A stretch of DNA of 64,000 nucleotides from an uncultured Candidatus Saccharibacteria bacterium (GTDB lineage: Bacteria; Patescibacteriota; JABMPQ01; JAQVVF01), in assembly GCA_964574655.1 (NCBI GenBank), contig CAZNOH010000001.1, forward strand, positions 201,852 through 265,851. Direction: 5' to 3'. Made by a program: the position numbers and the translations under genes. Each line of letters begins with the position of its first letter. Within the stretch, counting starts at the first letter, position 1. Of this stretch, positions 40,124-48,838 are shown one piece after another. Under the pieces are notes generated by a model, which saw only the letters and a program-made list of their open reading frames with translations, did no database searches and was not told the origin of the DNA.

Positions 40124-40669
40124 ATGAAATTATACGAATTAAAACCTGCAAAAGGATCAACAAAGAAAAGAAAGATTGTTGGACGTGGAAATGGATCTGG
40201 TCACGGAACATTTTCTGGGAGAGGATGCAAAGGTCAGAAAGCTAGATCAGGCTATAGCAGACGTCCAAGCTTTGAAGGCGGTAGGACTCCTTTATATATG
40301 CAGATTCCTAAAAAAAGAGGATTCAAAAGTTTATCAGCAAAACCAGAAATTGTTAATGTTTTAGCTTTGGAGAAAAAATTTAATGACAATGATAATATTG
40401 ATAAGAAAAAGATGGCTGAAGCTGGTTTGATTAAATCTGTTGATGTAGATGTGAAAGTTTTAGGCGATGGTGATATTAAGAAAAAATTAAATATTTCAGC
40501 TGAATATTTTTCAGAATCTGCAAAAGAAAAGATTGAAAAGGCTGGAGGCAGTGTTAAGATTATTGAGAAGATTAAAAAAGAAAAGGTTAAAGATAAAAAA
40601 ACTGTAGTAGTACAAAATAAAGTAAAAAAAGAAAAGGCAAAAGTTCCAAGCCTGCCTATTGGCAAGTAG
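40124..40669 (+). CDS. rplO: 50S ribosomal protein L15 with repeat-derived C-tail
   Basis: GRGNGSGHG, GRGCKGQKARSG and FEGGRTPL. Confidence 0.96.
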   Translation: MKLYELKPAKGSTKKRKIVGRGNGSGHGTFSGRGCKGQKARSGYSRRPSFEGGRTPLYMQIPKKRGFKSLSAKPEIVNVLALEKKFNDNDNIDKKKMAEAGLIKSVDVDVKVLGDGDIKKKLNISAEYFSESAKEKIEKAGGSVKIIEKIKKEKVKDKKTVVVQNKVKKEKAKVPSLPIGK

Positions 40670-40721
40670 GTCAAAAGTAATATAATTTTACTTTTTATTA
40701 TTAGCTTGTTAATTCTCCTTC

Positions 40722-42002
40722 ATGTTTGAGAAGATAGCCCAAATTTTTAAAATAAAAGAGCTGCGAAATAAAATTATATTCGCCTTAGCTCTTTTAATTG
40801 TTTTTAGATTTGCTGCTCATATTCCAGTTCCTGGTGTTGATGCTGCAGCCTTAAAAAGTTTTTTTGAAAGCAATCAGATTTTTGGTTTGTTAAATATGTT
40901 TACTGGTGGCGGTATGGAAAACTTTTCAATTGTAGCTATGGGCGTTGGTCCTTATATTACATCTTCTATTATTATGCAATTGTTAGTAATGGTTGTTCCA
41001 GCTTTGGAAAAATTGCAAAAAGAAGAAGGCGAGGATGGCAGGAGAAAAATGAATCAAATCACTAGATGGTTGACTATTCCTTTGGCAGCATTACAGTCTT
41101 ATTCAATGATAGTTTTATTGCAGAAAACCGGGCAGAATATTTTGGGCACATTAGATCCTTTTAAGTTGGTGACGATGATTGTAACGCTAACAGCTGGAAC
41201 TGTATTTTTAATGTGGCTTGGCGAGTTGATTACTGAAAAAGGCATTGGCAATGGTGTTTCATTGATCATTTTTGGTGGTATAGTTTCAGCCATACCTTTG
41301 GCAATCCAACAGACATTTGTGAATTTTGAGCAGTCAAAATTGTTAGAATTAGTTATTTTTGCAGTGATAGCTGTAGTTGTAATTGCCGGAATTGTTTTTA
41401 TAACAGAAGGTCATAGAAACATTCCAGTTCAATATGCAAGAAGAGTTCGTGGTATGAAAATGTACGGCGGGACAACTTCACATTTGCCTTTGAAAGTTAA
41501 TCAAGCAGGTGTTATTCCAATTATTTTTGCGATGTCATTAATGTTGCTTCCTGGTATGATTGCCAATTTTTTGGTCAGTGTGAATAATGCTATGGTCAAA
41601 GGCATTGCTCAAAATGTAGCTGATTTGTTTAACAACAATTTTTTTTACGGCGCGTTATATTTTGTGATGGTTATTTTCTTCACTTATTTTTATACTGCAG
41701 TTACATTTGATCCAAAGCAAATTTCTGAACATTTACAAAAGCAAGGTGGATTTATTCCAGGAATAAGGCCAGGTACTCATACAAGAGGATATTTGACAAA
41801 GACGATGACAAGAATTACTTTGACTGGCTCATTCTTTTTAGGTCTTGTTGCTGTTCTGCCATTTATTATGAAAGCAGCATTTGATATGCCGTCATTAGTA
41901 ATCGGCGGTACTGGAATATTGATTGTGGTAAGTGTTGTAATTGAAACTGTCAGGCAAATTGAATCAGAAATGGTGATGAGGGATTACGAATCTTTTTATT
42001 AA
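40722..42002 (+). CDS. secY: Preprotein translocase SecY
   Basis: PYITSSII, GIGNGVSLII, AGVIPIIFA and FIPGIRPG. Confidence 0.98.
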   Translation: MFEKIAQIFKIKELRNKIIFALALLIVFRFAAHIPVPGVDAAALKSFFESNQIFGLLNMFTGGGMENFSIVAMGVGPYITSSIIMQLLVMVVPALEKLQKEEGEDGRRKMNQITRWLTIPLAALQSYSMIVLLQKTGQNILGTLDPFKLVTMIVTLTAGTVFLMWLGELITEKGIGNGVSLIIFGGIVSAIPLAIQQTFVNFEQSKLLELVIFAVIAVVVIAGIVFITEGHRNIPVQYARRVRGMKMYGGTTSHLPLKVNQAGVIPIIFAMSLMLLPGMIANFLVSVNNAMVKGIAQNVADLFNNNFFYGALYFVMVIFFTYFYTAVTFDPKQISEHLQKQGGFIPGIRPGTHTRGYLTKTMTRITLTGSFFLGLVAVLPFIMKAAFDMPSLVIGGTGILIVVSVVIETVRQIESEMVMRDYESFY

Positions 42003-42004
42003 AA

Positions 42005-42097
42005 CAAGCGCTGAATTAAAAATTTTTGTGACAAAATTTTTAATGCTGATTTCGAACGCTGATTTGACGCTGATAGAAGGTGGAAACCTTCTTTTTT
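42005..42097 (+). repeat. CGCTGAT array with an inserted AT hairpin, followed by the terminator agaagg-tggaaa-ccttctttttt
   Basis: Direct reading. Confidence 0.7.
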
Positions 42098-42135
42098 CTT
42101 GACAAGATTAAAGATAAGGAGTATTTTTTAAATTG

Positions 42136-42201
42136 ATGATAAATATTTACAAAAATTTTAATTTAGTTCCAACTCCTACTGGTTTTTGTGGGCTAGTTTG
42201 A
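42136..42201 (+). CDS. Putative leader peptide MINIYKNFNLVPTPTGFCGLV
   Basis: Follows TTGACA (42099); 3' end carries attenuator segments 1 and 2. Confidence 0.55.
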   Translation: MINIYKNFNLVPTPTGFCGLV

Positions 42202-42229
42202 TTTTGTTTTAAATAATTTAAAATAAGAA

Positions 42230-42256
42230 CAGACTGGCTCAGATAGCCAGTTTTTT
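42230..42256 (+). terminator. Attenuator terminator
   Basis: gactggct-cagat-agccagtt plus T run; cagactggctca can instead pair with tgggctagtttg (42189). Confidence 0.75.
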
Positions 42257-42314
42257 GTACTTTGAGAAACAAGTCTAGTGCATAAGTTTTATGTGCTAGA
42301 CAAAGGAGGAGAAG

Positions 42315-42656
42315 ATGCGAGAAACAGCATGCAGGGTTATCAGGTCGTTGAAAGGAGATCTGTTTCTGTTTGTCGGAAAAATAAGGAAAACGGAAAGGCG
42401 TTGTCCAAAATGCGAGAAACAAGGAATGCCGGTTATTTTGCCTAATGGTAAAAAATATTGTTGTCTTTATTGCGGTTTCGAAATTGATGTTGATATTGCA
42501 AAAAAAATGTATGAGGTTTTGAGCAATTTTAATGGTGCTGATCCAAGGCAAATGAGTGAGGAAACAGCGGCGATAATCATTGCAATGGATCAAGTATTAA
42601 GCTGGTTCTTGCGTGGATATCGTTGGAACAATTATAATCCGAATGACTTGCGTTGA
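42315..42656 (+). CDS. Zinc-ribbon hypothetical protein
   Basis: CPKC...CLYC; aggagg SD. Confidence 0.6.
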   Translation: MRETACRVIRSLKGDLFLFVGKIRKTERRCPKCEKQGMPVILPNGKKYCCLYCGFEIDVDIAKKMYEVLSNFNGADPRQMSEETAAIIIAMDQVLSWFLRGYRWNNYNPNDLR

Positions 42657-42662
42657 TCTTTC

Positions 42663-42688
42663 AAAAGAAGGCTAAAGCCTTCTTTTTT
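42663..42688 (+). terminator. Intrinsic terminator
   Basis: aaaagaaggc-taaa-gccttcttttt. Confidence 0.8.
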
Positions 42689-42741
42689 CTTGTTTTAATG
42701 AGCGAAGAATGATATATTGTTAAGTATAAATTAAGTTTTTT

Positions 42742-43425
42742 ATGCAAAAATCATTATTAATTTTATTTATGGGGCTTTCTGGTTCTGGCAAGGGAACTCA
42801 AGCCAAAATGATTGGTGAAGAATTTGATTTCAATTATATTGAGATGGGCGGAATTTTGCGAGAAGAAGTAAAAAAGCAGACTGATTTGGGAAAAAAGATT
42901 GATGTAATTATTCATAAAGAAGGAAAATTAGTGCCGGATGAAATGGCAAAAGAATTAATCAAAAAAGCTTTGTTTGAAAAAGATCATGGCGAGACAATTG
43001 TTTTAGACGGTTATCCAAGAACGAGCCAGCAGGTTATTGATTTAGATGAGATTCTAAAGGAAATGGGTTTGGGAAAAGAAATCGTTGTTTTTGATATTAA
43101 AATTTCTGATGAAGAGGCGATGAATAGGCTAACAAAAAGAAGAATTTGTGAAAAATGCAAGAATGTTTTGCCGGCAGATTCAAAAGACAAAGTTTGTCCA
43201 AAATGTAATGGTAAATTAATGCATCGTGGTGATGATAATCCAGAAAAAATCAGAGAGAGGCTAAAATGGGCACATGAAAAAGTTTATCCAGCTATTTTAG
43301 AATATAAAAAACGAGGAGTTTTGCAGGAAATTGATGGCGAAAGATCGATTAGTGTTGTGCATGAAGATATTAAAGAGCGTTTAATAAAAATAATCAATAA
43401 CCAATCACCAAAAAATAATCAATAA
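42742..43425 (+). CDS. adk: Adenylate kinase with zinc lid
   Basis: GLSGSGKGTQ, LDGYPR, CEKC...CPKC and RGDD. Confidence 0.93.
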   Translation: MQKSLLILFMGLSGSGKGTQAKMIGEEFDFNYIEMGGILREEVKKQTDLGKKIDVIIHKEGKLVPDEMAKELIKKALFEKDHGETIVLDGYPRTSQQVIDLDEILKEMGLGKEIVVFDIKISDEEAMNRLTKRRICEKCKNVLPADSKDKVCPKCNGKLMHRGDDNPEKIRERLKWAHEKVYPAILEYKKRGVLQEIDGERSISVVHEDIKERLIKIINNQSPKNNQ

Positions 43426-43509
43426 CTAAATTTTAATAATCAAATCGTAAAAACTTATTATTTGGTTATTGTTTATTAGTTATTTTTTGATTATTGATTA
43501 TTGGTTATT
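43393..43509. repeat. Long inverted repeat of AATAACC/GGTTATT heptamers overlapping the adk 3' end
   Basis: aatcaataaccaatcacc...ttgattattgattattggttatt. Confidence 0.75.
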
Positions 43510-43516
43510 CACATTT

Positions 43517-44272
43517 ATGAGCAAGATTATTATAAAAACTGATGAAGAGATTGAAATAATCCATGAAGGTGGCAGAAAGTTGGCGAGGATTATGGAAATT
43601 CTGAAAGAGGAAATTTCTAGGCCTGGTTATTTGACAAAGGGATTGGATAAAAGAATAAATGAGCTATGTGAAAAGTTTGGCGCAAAGCCTGCTTTTATGG
43701 GCTATCGTGGATATCCGGCAACTGTTTGCTTGTCTTTAAATGATGAAATAGTGCATTGTCCTCCTGGAGATAGAGTTATTAAAGAAGGCGATTTGGTAAG
43801 TCTAGATTTTGGTTTAAAATATAAGAATTTGTATACTGATAGTGCAATTAGTTTCGGTGTTGGGAAGATGACTTCTTTGGCTGAAAAGTTGATTAAAGTC
43901 ACCGAAGCTTCCTTATATAAGGGTATTGAGCAAGTTAGACCAAATGGACATATTGGTGATATTGGTCAGGCAGTTCAGCGATATGCAGAGGCTAATGGAT
44001 TTTCAGTTGTGCGTGATTTAACTGGCCATGGAGTTGGAAAACAAGTCCATGAGCCACCGCAAGTTTTAAATTATGGCAGAGAAGGAATTGGTCCAATTAT
44101 GAAAAAAGGAATGGTTATAGCAATTGAGCCAATGGTTAATGTTGGTGATTGGAGAATCAAACAAGGAGCAGATGGTTGGTCAATAATGACAGCGGACGGT
44201 GAATTATCTGCCCATTTTGAGCATACAGTGGCTGTAATTGATGATGGATATGAAATATTAACAAAAGAGTAA
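43517..44272 (+). CDS. map: Methionine aminopeptidase type I
   Basis: NDEIVHCPP, GHGVG..HEPP, IEPM and AHFEHTV; start corrected. Confidence 0.96.
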   Translation: MSKIIIKTDEEIEIIHEGGRKLARIMEILKEEISRPGYLTKGLDKRINELCEKFGAKPAFMGYRGYPATVCLSLNDEIVHCPPGDRVIKEGDLVSLDFGLKYKNLYTDSAISFGVGKMTSLAEKLIKVTEASLYKGIEQVRPNGHIGDIGQAVQRYAEANGFSVVRDLTGHGVGKQVHEPPQVLNYGREGIGPIMKKGMVIAIEPMVNVGDWRIKQGADGWSIMTADGELSAHFEHTVAVIDDGYEILTKE

Positions 44273-44414
44273 AAATCCTAAATCCTAAGCTCAAAATCCT
44301 AAACAAACTCAAATGACTAAAGTAAAAAAATACAAAATCTGATGTCGGTTTTTGAAATTTGGTTATTTTAATTTTGGATTTATTTAGGATTTAGAATTTA
44401 GTATTTAGAGTTTT
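44273..44414. repeat. Long inverted repeat of AAATCCT/AGGATTT heptamers
   Basis: aaatcctaaatcctaag...tttaggatttagaatttagtatttagagttt. Confidence 0.75.
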
Positions 44415-44415
44415 T

Positions 44416-44796
44416 ATGACAATATTAGGAATAGATTTTGGTGGCAAGCATATTGGATTAGCAAAAGGCGATGATCAAAATAAAATTGCATTGCCTTTTT
44501 TAAGTTTGGAAAATAATGGTTTAAATAAATTGATTGTTGAAATAAAAAGCTTGGTTGAAAAAGAAGAGATCGGTGAAGTTGTTGTTGGTTTGCCTTTAAA
44601 TATGTCAGGACAAAAAACCGATCAGACAAAAAAGACTGAATATTTTGCTGAAAAATTGAAGAAAGAAGTCAATATTAAAATTATTTTAGTTGATGAGAGA
44701 TTAACATCAATTGGAGTGAAAAAGCTTGGGAGTGATGTTGATGAACATCAGTTGGCAGCAAGAGAGATCTTGCAGGGATATTTGGATAAAAAATAA
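44416..44796 (+). CDS. ruvX: YqgF/RuvX pre-16S rRNA nuclease
   Basis: LGIDFG..HIGLA, VVVGLP and DERLTS. Confidence 0.93.
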   Translation: MTILGIDFGGKHIGLAKGDDQNKIALPFLSLENNGLNKLIVEIKSLVEKEEIGEVVVGLPLNMSGQKTDQTKKTEYFAEKLKKEVNIKIILVDERLTSIGVKKLGSDVDEHQLAAREILQGYLDKK

Positions 44797-44929
44797 AACT
44801 TTGTTTTTGTAGGGGCACAATATTTTGCGCCCCTATTTTTTTATCTGTGCATAACTTTCTTGTGGGGGGGCTTATATATGTTAGGTTTAGGTCAAAGAAA
44901 TTTTTATATTAAAATAAATAAAAAAATCT

Positions 44930-46405
44930 ATGAGAAAGTTTTTAGTAACAAGTTTTTTTTGTGCTGTGTTTTTGTTTTGCTTTTGTGGAATAACGAAGGC
45001 GGCGGAATGGACGGATGTGACAGGAAATCTAACTGGAACATCTATTCATTCTATGATTCAGGCTTCTGATGGTTCTATTTACGCTGGAGGCTATGAGGGT
45101 GATGAGCATGCTAGAGTTTGGAGATATTCGGCTGGTTCTTGGGCTGATATTACTGGAATTTTATCTGGATATCGTGTTTGGTCTCTGGTTCAATCTTCTG
45201 ATAGTTCCATATATGCAGCTAGTGCTGATAAGGTTTGGAGATATTTAGCAGGTTCTTGGACAGATACTGGAACATTAAATGGTGCTTCTGTTGTTTCTCT
45301 GATTCAAGCTTCTGATGGTTCGATATATGCTGGAGGTGAAACTAATGTTGGTTCTGCTAGAGTTTTGAGATATTCAGCTGGTTCTTGGACGAATACTGGA
45401 TTGAGTGATGCTTTTTATGTTTATTCTCTGGTTCAAGCTTTTGATGGTTCGATATATGCTGGAGGTAAAACTAATGTTGGTTCTGCTAGAGTTTGGAAAT
45501 ATTCAGCTGGTTCTTGGACGAATGTTACCGGTGTTTTAGTTGGAACGAGTGTTAATTCTTTGATTCAAGCTTCTGACGGTTCGATATATGCTGGAGGTTA
45601 TAGTGCTGGTGATGGTAGAGATTATGCTAAAGTTTGGAAATATTCAGCTGGTTCTTGGACAGATTTTACTGGAACTTTATCAGGATTTGATATTGGTTCT
45701 TTTATCCAAGCTTCTGATGGATCTATATATGTTAGTTCCGATGATAAAGTTTGGAAATATTCAGCAGGTTCTTGGGTCGAGATTACTTATGGAACATTAG
45801 ACGGAAATTTGTTGAGTCCTTTGATTCAGGTTTCTGATGGTTCGATATTTGTAGGAGGTAGTAATTATTATGTTGCCAAAGTTTGGAAATATACTGTTAG
45901 TCAAGAAGAGCAAGAGCAGGAGCAAGCACAACAAAATCTAGAATCAGGTGACAAAATCATTTTAGAATCAGCCTTGAATCAGCAAACAATTTCCGGCCAA
46001 GATCTAACAATCAGCTTTACAAAGCTTCCAACCAAATTAACTAAAAACAGCGCGTATTGGATGAAATGGAATCAGCTAAGCAAGTATCCAAACAAGACAT
46101 TCTTAAAGAATTGGAAATTAAAGACTAATCTATACAAATACAAAGTCAAGAAAAGCTCTCAGAAATACAAGATCAAAGTATCATTCAAATTCACTAAGAA
46201 GCAATTAAAGAAATACTTGAAGAAAAACAAATTGGCGACAAAATCTAATATTACTTTGAAATACAAACAAGGAACATCTTCTTGGAAAAACTTTACTTCT
46301 GTCTTTACTGATGCCAAGCTAATTAAAAAGGACAAGAAATTTATTGTTAAATACTTTACGCATTATCCGGTTAAGACTCAATATTTTGCGATTGGAGTGA
46401 AATAG
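44930..46405 (+). CDS. Secreted beta-propeller repeat protein with a Lys-rich C-terminal domain
   Basis: About 7 repeats of SLIQASDGSIYAGG...VWKYSAGSW; signal peptide; E/Q linker. Confidence 0.8.
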   Translation: MRKFLVTSFFCAVFLFCFCGITKAAEWTDVTGNLTGTSIHSMIQASDGSIYAGGYEGDEHARVWRYSAGSWADITGILSGYRVWSLVQSSDSSIYAASADKVWRYLAGSWTDTGTLNGASVVSLIQASDGSIYAGGETNVGSARVLRYSAGSWTNTGLSDAFYVYSLVQAFDGSIYAGGKTNVGSARVWKYSAGSWTNVTGVLVGTSVNSLIQASDGSIYAGGYSAGDGRDYAKVWKYSAGSWTDFTGTLSGFDIGSFIQASDGSIYVSSDDKVWKYSAGSWVEITYGTLDGNLLSPLIQVSDGSIFVGGSNYYVAKVWKYTVSQEEQEQEQAQQNLESGDKIILESALNQQTISGQDLTISFTKLPTKLTKNSAYWMKWNQLSKYPNKTFLKNWKLKTNLYKYKVKKSSQKYKIKVSFKFTKKQLKKYLKKNKLATKSNITLKYKQGTSSWKNFTSVFTDAKLIKKDKKFIVKYFTHYPVKTQYFAIGVK

Positions 46406-46551
46406 CAAGCGCTGATTAAACGCTGATTTCCAACGCTGATTTAACGCTGATAGGGGCATAGAATTGTGCCCCTATTTTTTTTATTTAAAATTTGTTATTA
46501 TTTAAGCAAGCGCTGATTTAATGCAGATGCTAACGCTGATTTGGCGCTGAT
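46406..46551. repeat. Two CGCTGAT four-unit arrays flanking a TAGGGGC palindrome/terminator (46450-46474)
   Basis: Direct reading. Confidence 0.8.
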
Positions 46552-46578
46552 ATTTTTATTTTTTTATATTTTTAACGC

Positions 46579-47322
46579 ATGAAACTTTCGATAATCATTC
46601 CGGCATATAATGAAGAAAAAAGAATAACAATAACTTTAAATTCTATTAAAGAATATTTGAATAAGCAAGATTATGATTGGGAAGCTATTGTTGTTGATGA
46701 TGGAAGCAAAGACAAGACTCGTGAAGTTGTGAAAAATCTTGATGGTTTTGTTTTGAATGAAAAAAGAGAAAATAAAGGCAAGGGTTATTCAATAAAAGAA
46801 GGGATGCTTTTGGCATCAGGGGATTTTTGTCTTTTTATGGATGCTGATAATGCAACAAAAATCAATGAATTAGATCATTTTTGGAAATATTTTGATCCTC
46901 CTGCGTCCCGAGGGACTTCGGAGGACAAGTCCGATTATGATGTTGTGATTGGTTCTCGTGATATTAAAGGATCAAAGTTAGCAGTGTCTCAAGCTTGGTA
47001 TAAAGAGCTGGCTGGAAAAATCGGTAATTTGTTGATTCAAATCGTAGCCTTGCCTGGTATTCATGATACTCAATGCGGATTTAAGATTTTTAAGCGAGAA
47101 GTTGTGAGAGATGTTTTTCCAATCCAGAAATTAGGCGGATGGGGATTTGATGTTGAAATTTTGGCATTAGCCAAAAAGTTTGGTTATAAAATAAAAGAAG
47201 AGCCGATAACTTGGTTTAATGCTGCTGGAAGCAAAGTAAGTACGGGAGATTATTTGAAAGTTTTTTCTGACCTATTTAAAGTGAGATGGTGGCTGTGGAC
47301 GAATAAATATAAAAAAATGTAG
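46579..47322 (+). CDS. Dolichyl-phosphate glucosyltransferase-like GT2, with in-frame repeat insert
   Basis: IIPAYNEE, VDDGS, FMDAD, DTQCGFK and FDVEIL. Confidence 0.9.
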   Translation: MKLSIIIPAYNEEKRITITLNSIKEYLNKQDYDWEAIVVDDGSKDKTREVVKNLDGFVLNEKRENKGKGYSIKEGMLLASGDFCLFMDADNATKINELDHFWKYFDPPASRGTSEDKSDYDVVIGSRDIKGSKLAVSQAWYKELAGKIGNLLIQIVALPGIHDTQCGFKIFKREVVRDVFPIQKLGGWGFDVEILALAKKFGYKIKEEPITWFNAAGSKVSTGDYLKVFSDLFKVRWWLWTNKYKKM

Positions 47323-47347
47323 AGACGAGGCAATGTCTCGTCTTTAC
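47319..47347. repeat. GTAGAGACG palindrome supplying the TAG stop of the upstream gene
   Basis: gtagagacgaggcaatgtctcgtctttac. Confidence 0.8.
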
Positions 47348-47366
47348 AAAGTTTTAAAGTATTGCT

Positions 47367-47831
47367 ATGTTTCAAAGTTTTCCGCCAGTGATTAAGGCGA
47401 TCTTGATATCAATTTTTGGCGATATTAAGATTGTTGTTCCTTTTTATGCTACTCAAGATGTTTTGTCTTGGTGGAATGTATTGATGGTTTCAGCAATTGG
47501 CAATTCTATTTCAGCAGTTTTTCTTTTAACAGTTTTGGTTTTGTTATCAGATTTTTTGAGACGTAAATTTGTTTTTTGGGAGAAATTCTTTTCAAAACTT
47601 TTTAAAAATACAAAATTAAAACATAAGAAAAATTTTGATAAATGGGGTATATTAGCAGTTCTTTTAGCGGCAGCAATTCCTTTGCCTGGTTTTGGCGGAT
47701 GGACGGCTTCGATAGTGGCATTTGTTTTTGGAATAAAATATAGAAAAGCAGTGCTATTTATTATCTTGGGTATTATTTTAGAAGCTGGAATTATGACTTT
47801 AATCAGTTTTGGGATTAAGAATATATTTTAA
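47367..47831 (+). CDS. COG2426 small multi-drug export-like membrane protein
   Basis: AIPLPGFGGWTASIVA. Confidence 0.75.
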   Translation: MFQSFPPVIKAILISIFGDIKIVVPFYATQDVLSWWNVLMVSAIGNSISAVFLLTVLVLLSDFLRRKFVFWEKFFSKLFKNTKLKHKKNFDKWGILAVLLAAAIPLPGFGGWTASIVAFVFGIKYRKAVLFIILGIILEAGIMTLISFGIKNIF

Positions 47832-47832
47832 C

Positions 47833-47877
47833 GAGCGCTGATTTTACGCTGATTTTTAACGCTGATTTGACGCTGAT
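47833..47877 (+). repeat. Four-unit CGCTGAT array
   Basis: Units at 47836, 47847, 47860 and 47871. Confidence 0.85.
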
Positions 47878-47930
47878 ATTTATTTTTTATGATGGCTGGC
47901 ATGAATTCAAGTTTAAATTTTTAAAATGTT

Positions 47931-48692
47931 ATGCGAAATAAATTAATAGTTGGCAATTGGAAAATGAATTTAACTTTGGAAGAAGCTCGAAGGTTGACTT
48001 TGGATGTTAGGCAAGGATTAACAAATTTAAGTGAAAAAGTGGAAGTTGCAGTTTGTCCTTCCTTTGTTCACTTGGCTAATGTTCATTATCAATTGCCTTC
48101 TAGTATAAAATTAGGGGCTCAGGATGTGTTTTGGAAAGGAAATGGAGCTTATACTGGCGAGATTTCTTGTGATCAACTTTTGGATTTAGGCTGTTCTTAT
48201 GTAATTGTTGGTCATTCTGAAAGAAGAAAAAATCTGAAAGAAACAGATGTTATAATTAACGATAAAGTCTTAGAATGTTTGAGAAAAGGTTTGAAGCCAA
48301 TAATTTGTGTTGGAGAAACAAAAGACGAAAAAGAAAAAGGAATGACAGAGGAAAAAGTGACACAGCAAGTTGAAGTAGCTTTAGAAGGTGTGAAAAGTAA
48401 GGATGTCGTGAATGTAACAATAGCCTATGAACCAATCTGGGCAATAGGATCAGGAAATTCTGCTGAACCATCCGATGCTCAAGCTGTAATTTTTAGAATA
48501 AGAGATATTTTGAGAAATAATTATTCAGAAAAAGAATCAGAAATGATAAGGATTTTGTATGGGGGAAGTGTAGATCCGCAAAATGTTGCGTCTTTTGTTT
48601 TGGAAAAAGATATTGATGGCGTGTTGGTTGGTGGAGCGAGTATTAAAGCTAATGAATTTGTGGGAATTGTAAAACAGGTTTTAAAAATCTAA
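47931..48692 (+). CDS. tpiA: Triosephosphate isomerase
   Basis: GNWKMN, GHSERR, AYEPIWAIG and LVGGAS. Confidence 0.98.
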   Translation: MRNKLIVGNWKMNLTLEEARRLTLDVRQGLTNLSEKVEVAVCPSFVHLANVHYQLPSSIKLGAQDVFWKGNGAYTGEISCDQLLDLGCSYVIVGHSERRKNLKETDVIINDKVLECLRKGLKPIICVGETKDEKEKGMTEEKVTQQVEVALEGVKSKDVVNVTIAYEPIWAIGSGNSAEPSDAQAVIFRIRDILRNNYSEKESEMIRILYGGSVDPQNVASFVLEKDIDGVLVGGASIKANEFVGIVKQVLKI

Positions 48693-48817
48693 TGTCCAAG
48701 AAACAAGAAACAAACAAATCTCAAATTAAAATAACCAATTACCAAACTCGTCGTCGAAGGGTTTGATTATTGGTTATTGAATATTGGAATTTGTTTGTAT
48801 TTTGTATCTTGGTTATT
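48691..48817. repeat. Long inverted repeat of heptamer units
   Basis: ccaagaaacaagaaacaaacaaat...accaaac-tcgtcgtcgaagg-gtttgattattgg...atttgtttgtattttgtatcttgg. Confidence 0.75.
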
Positions 48818-48838
48818 AAATCTTATTTATAAATCATT

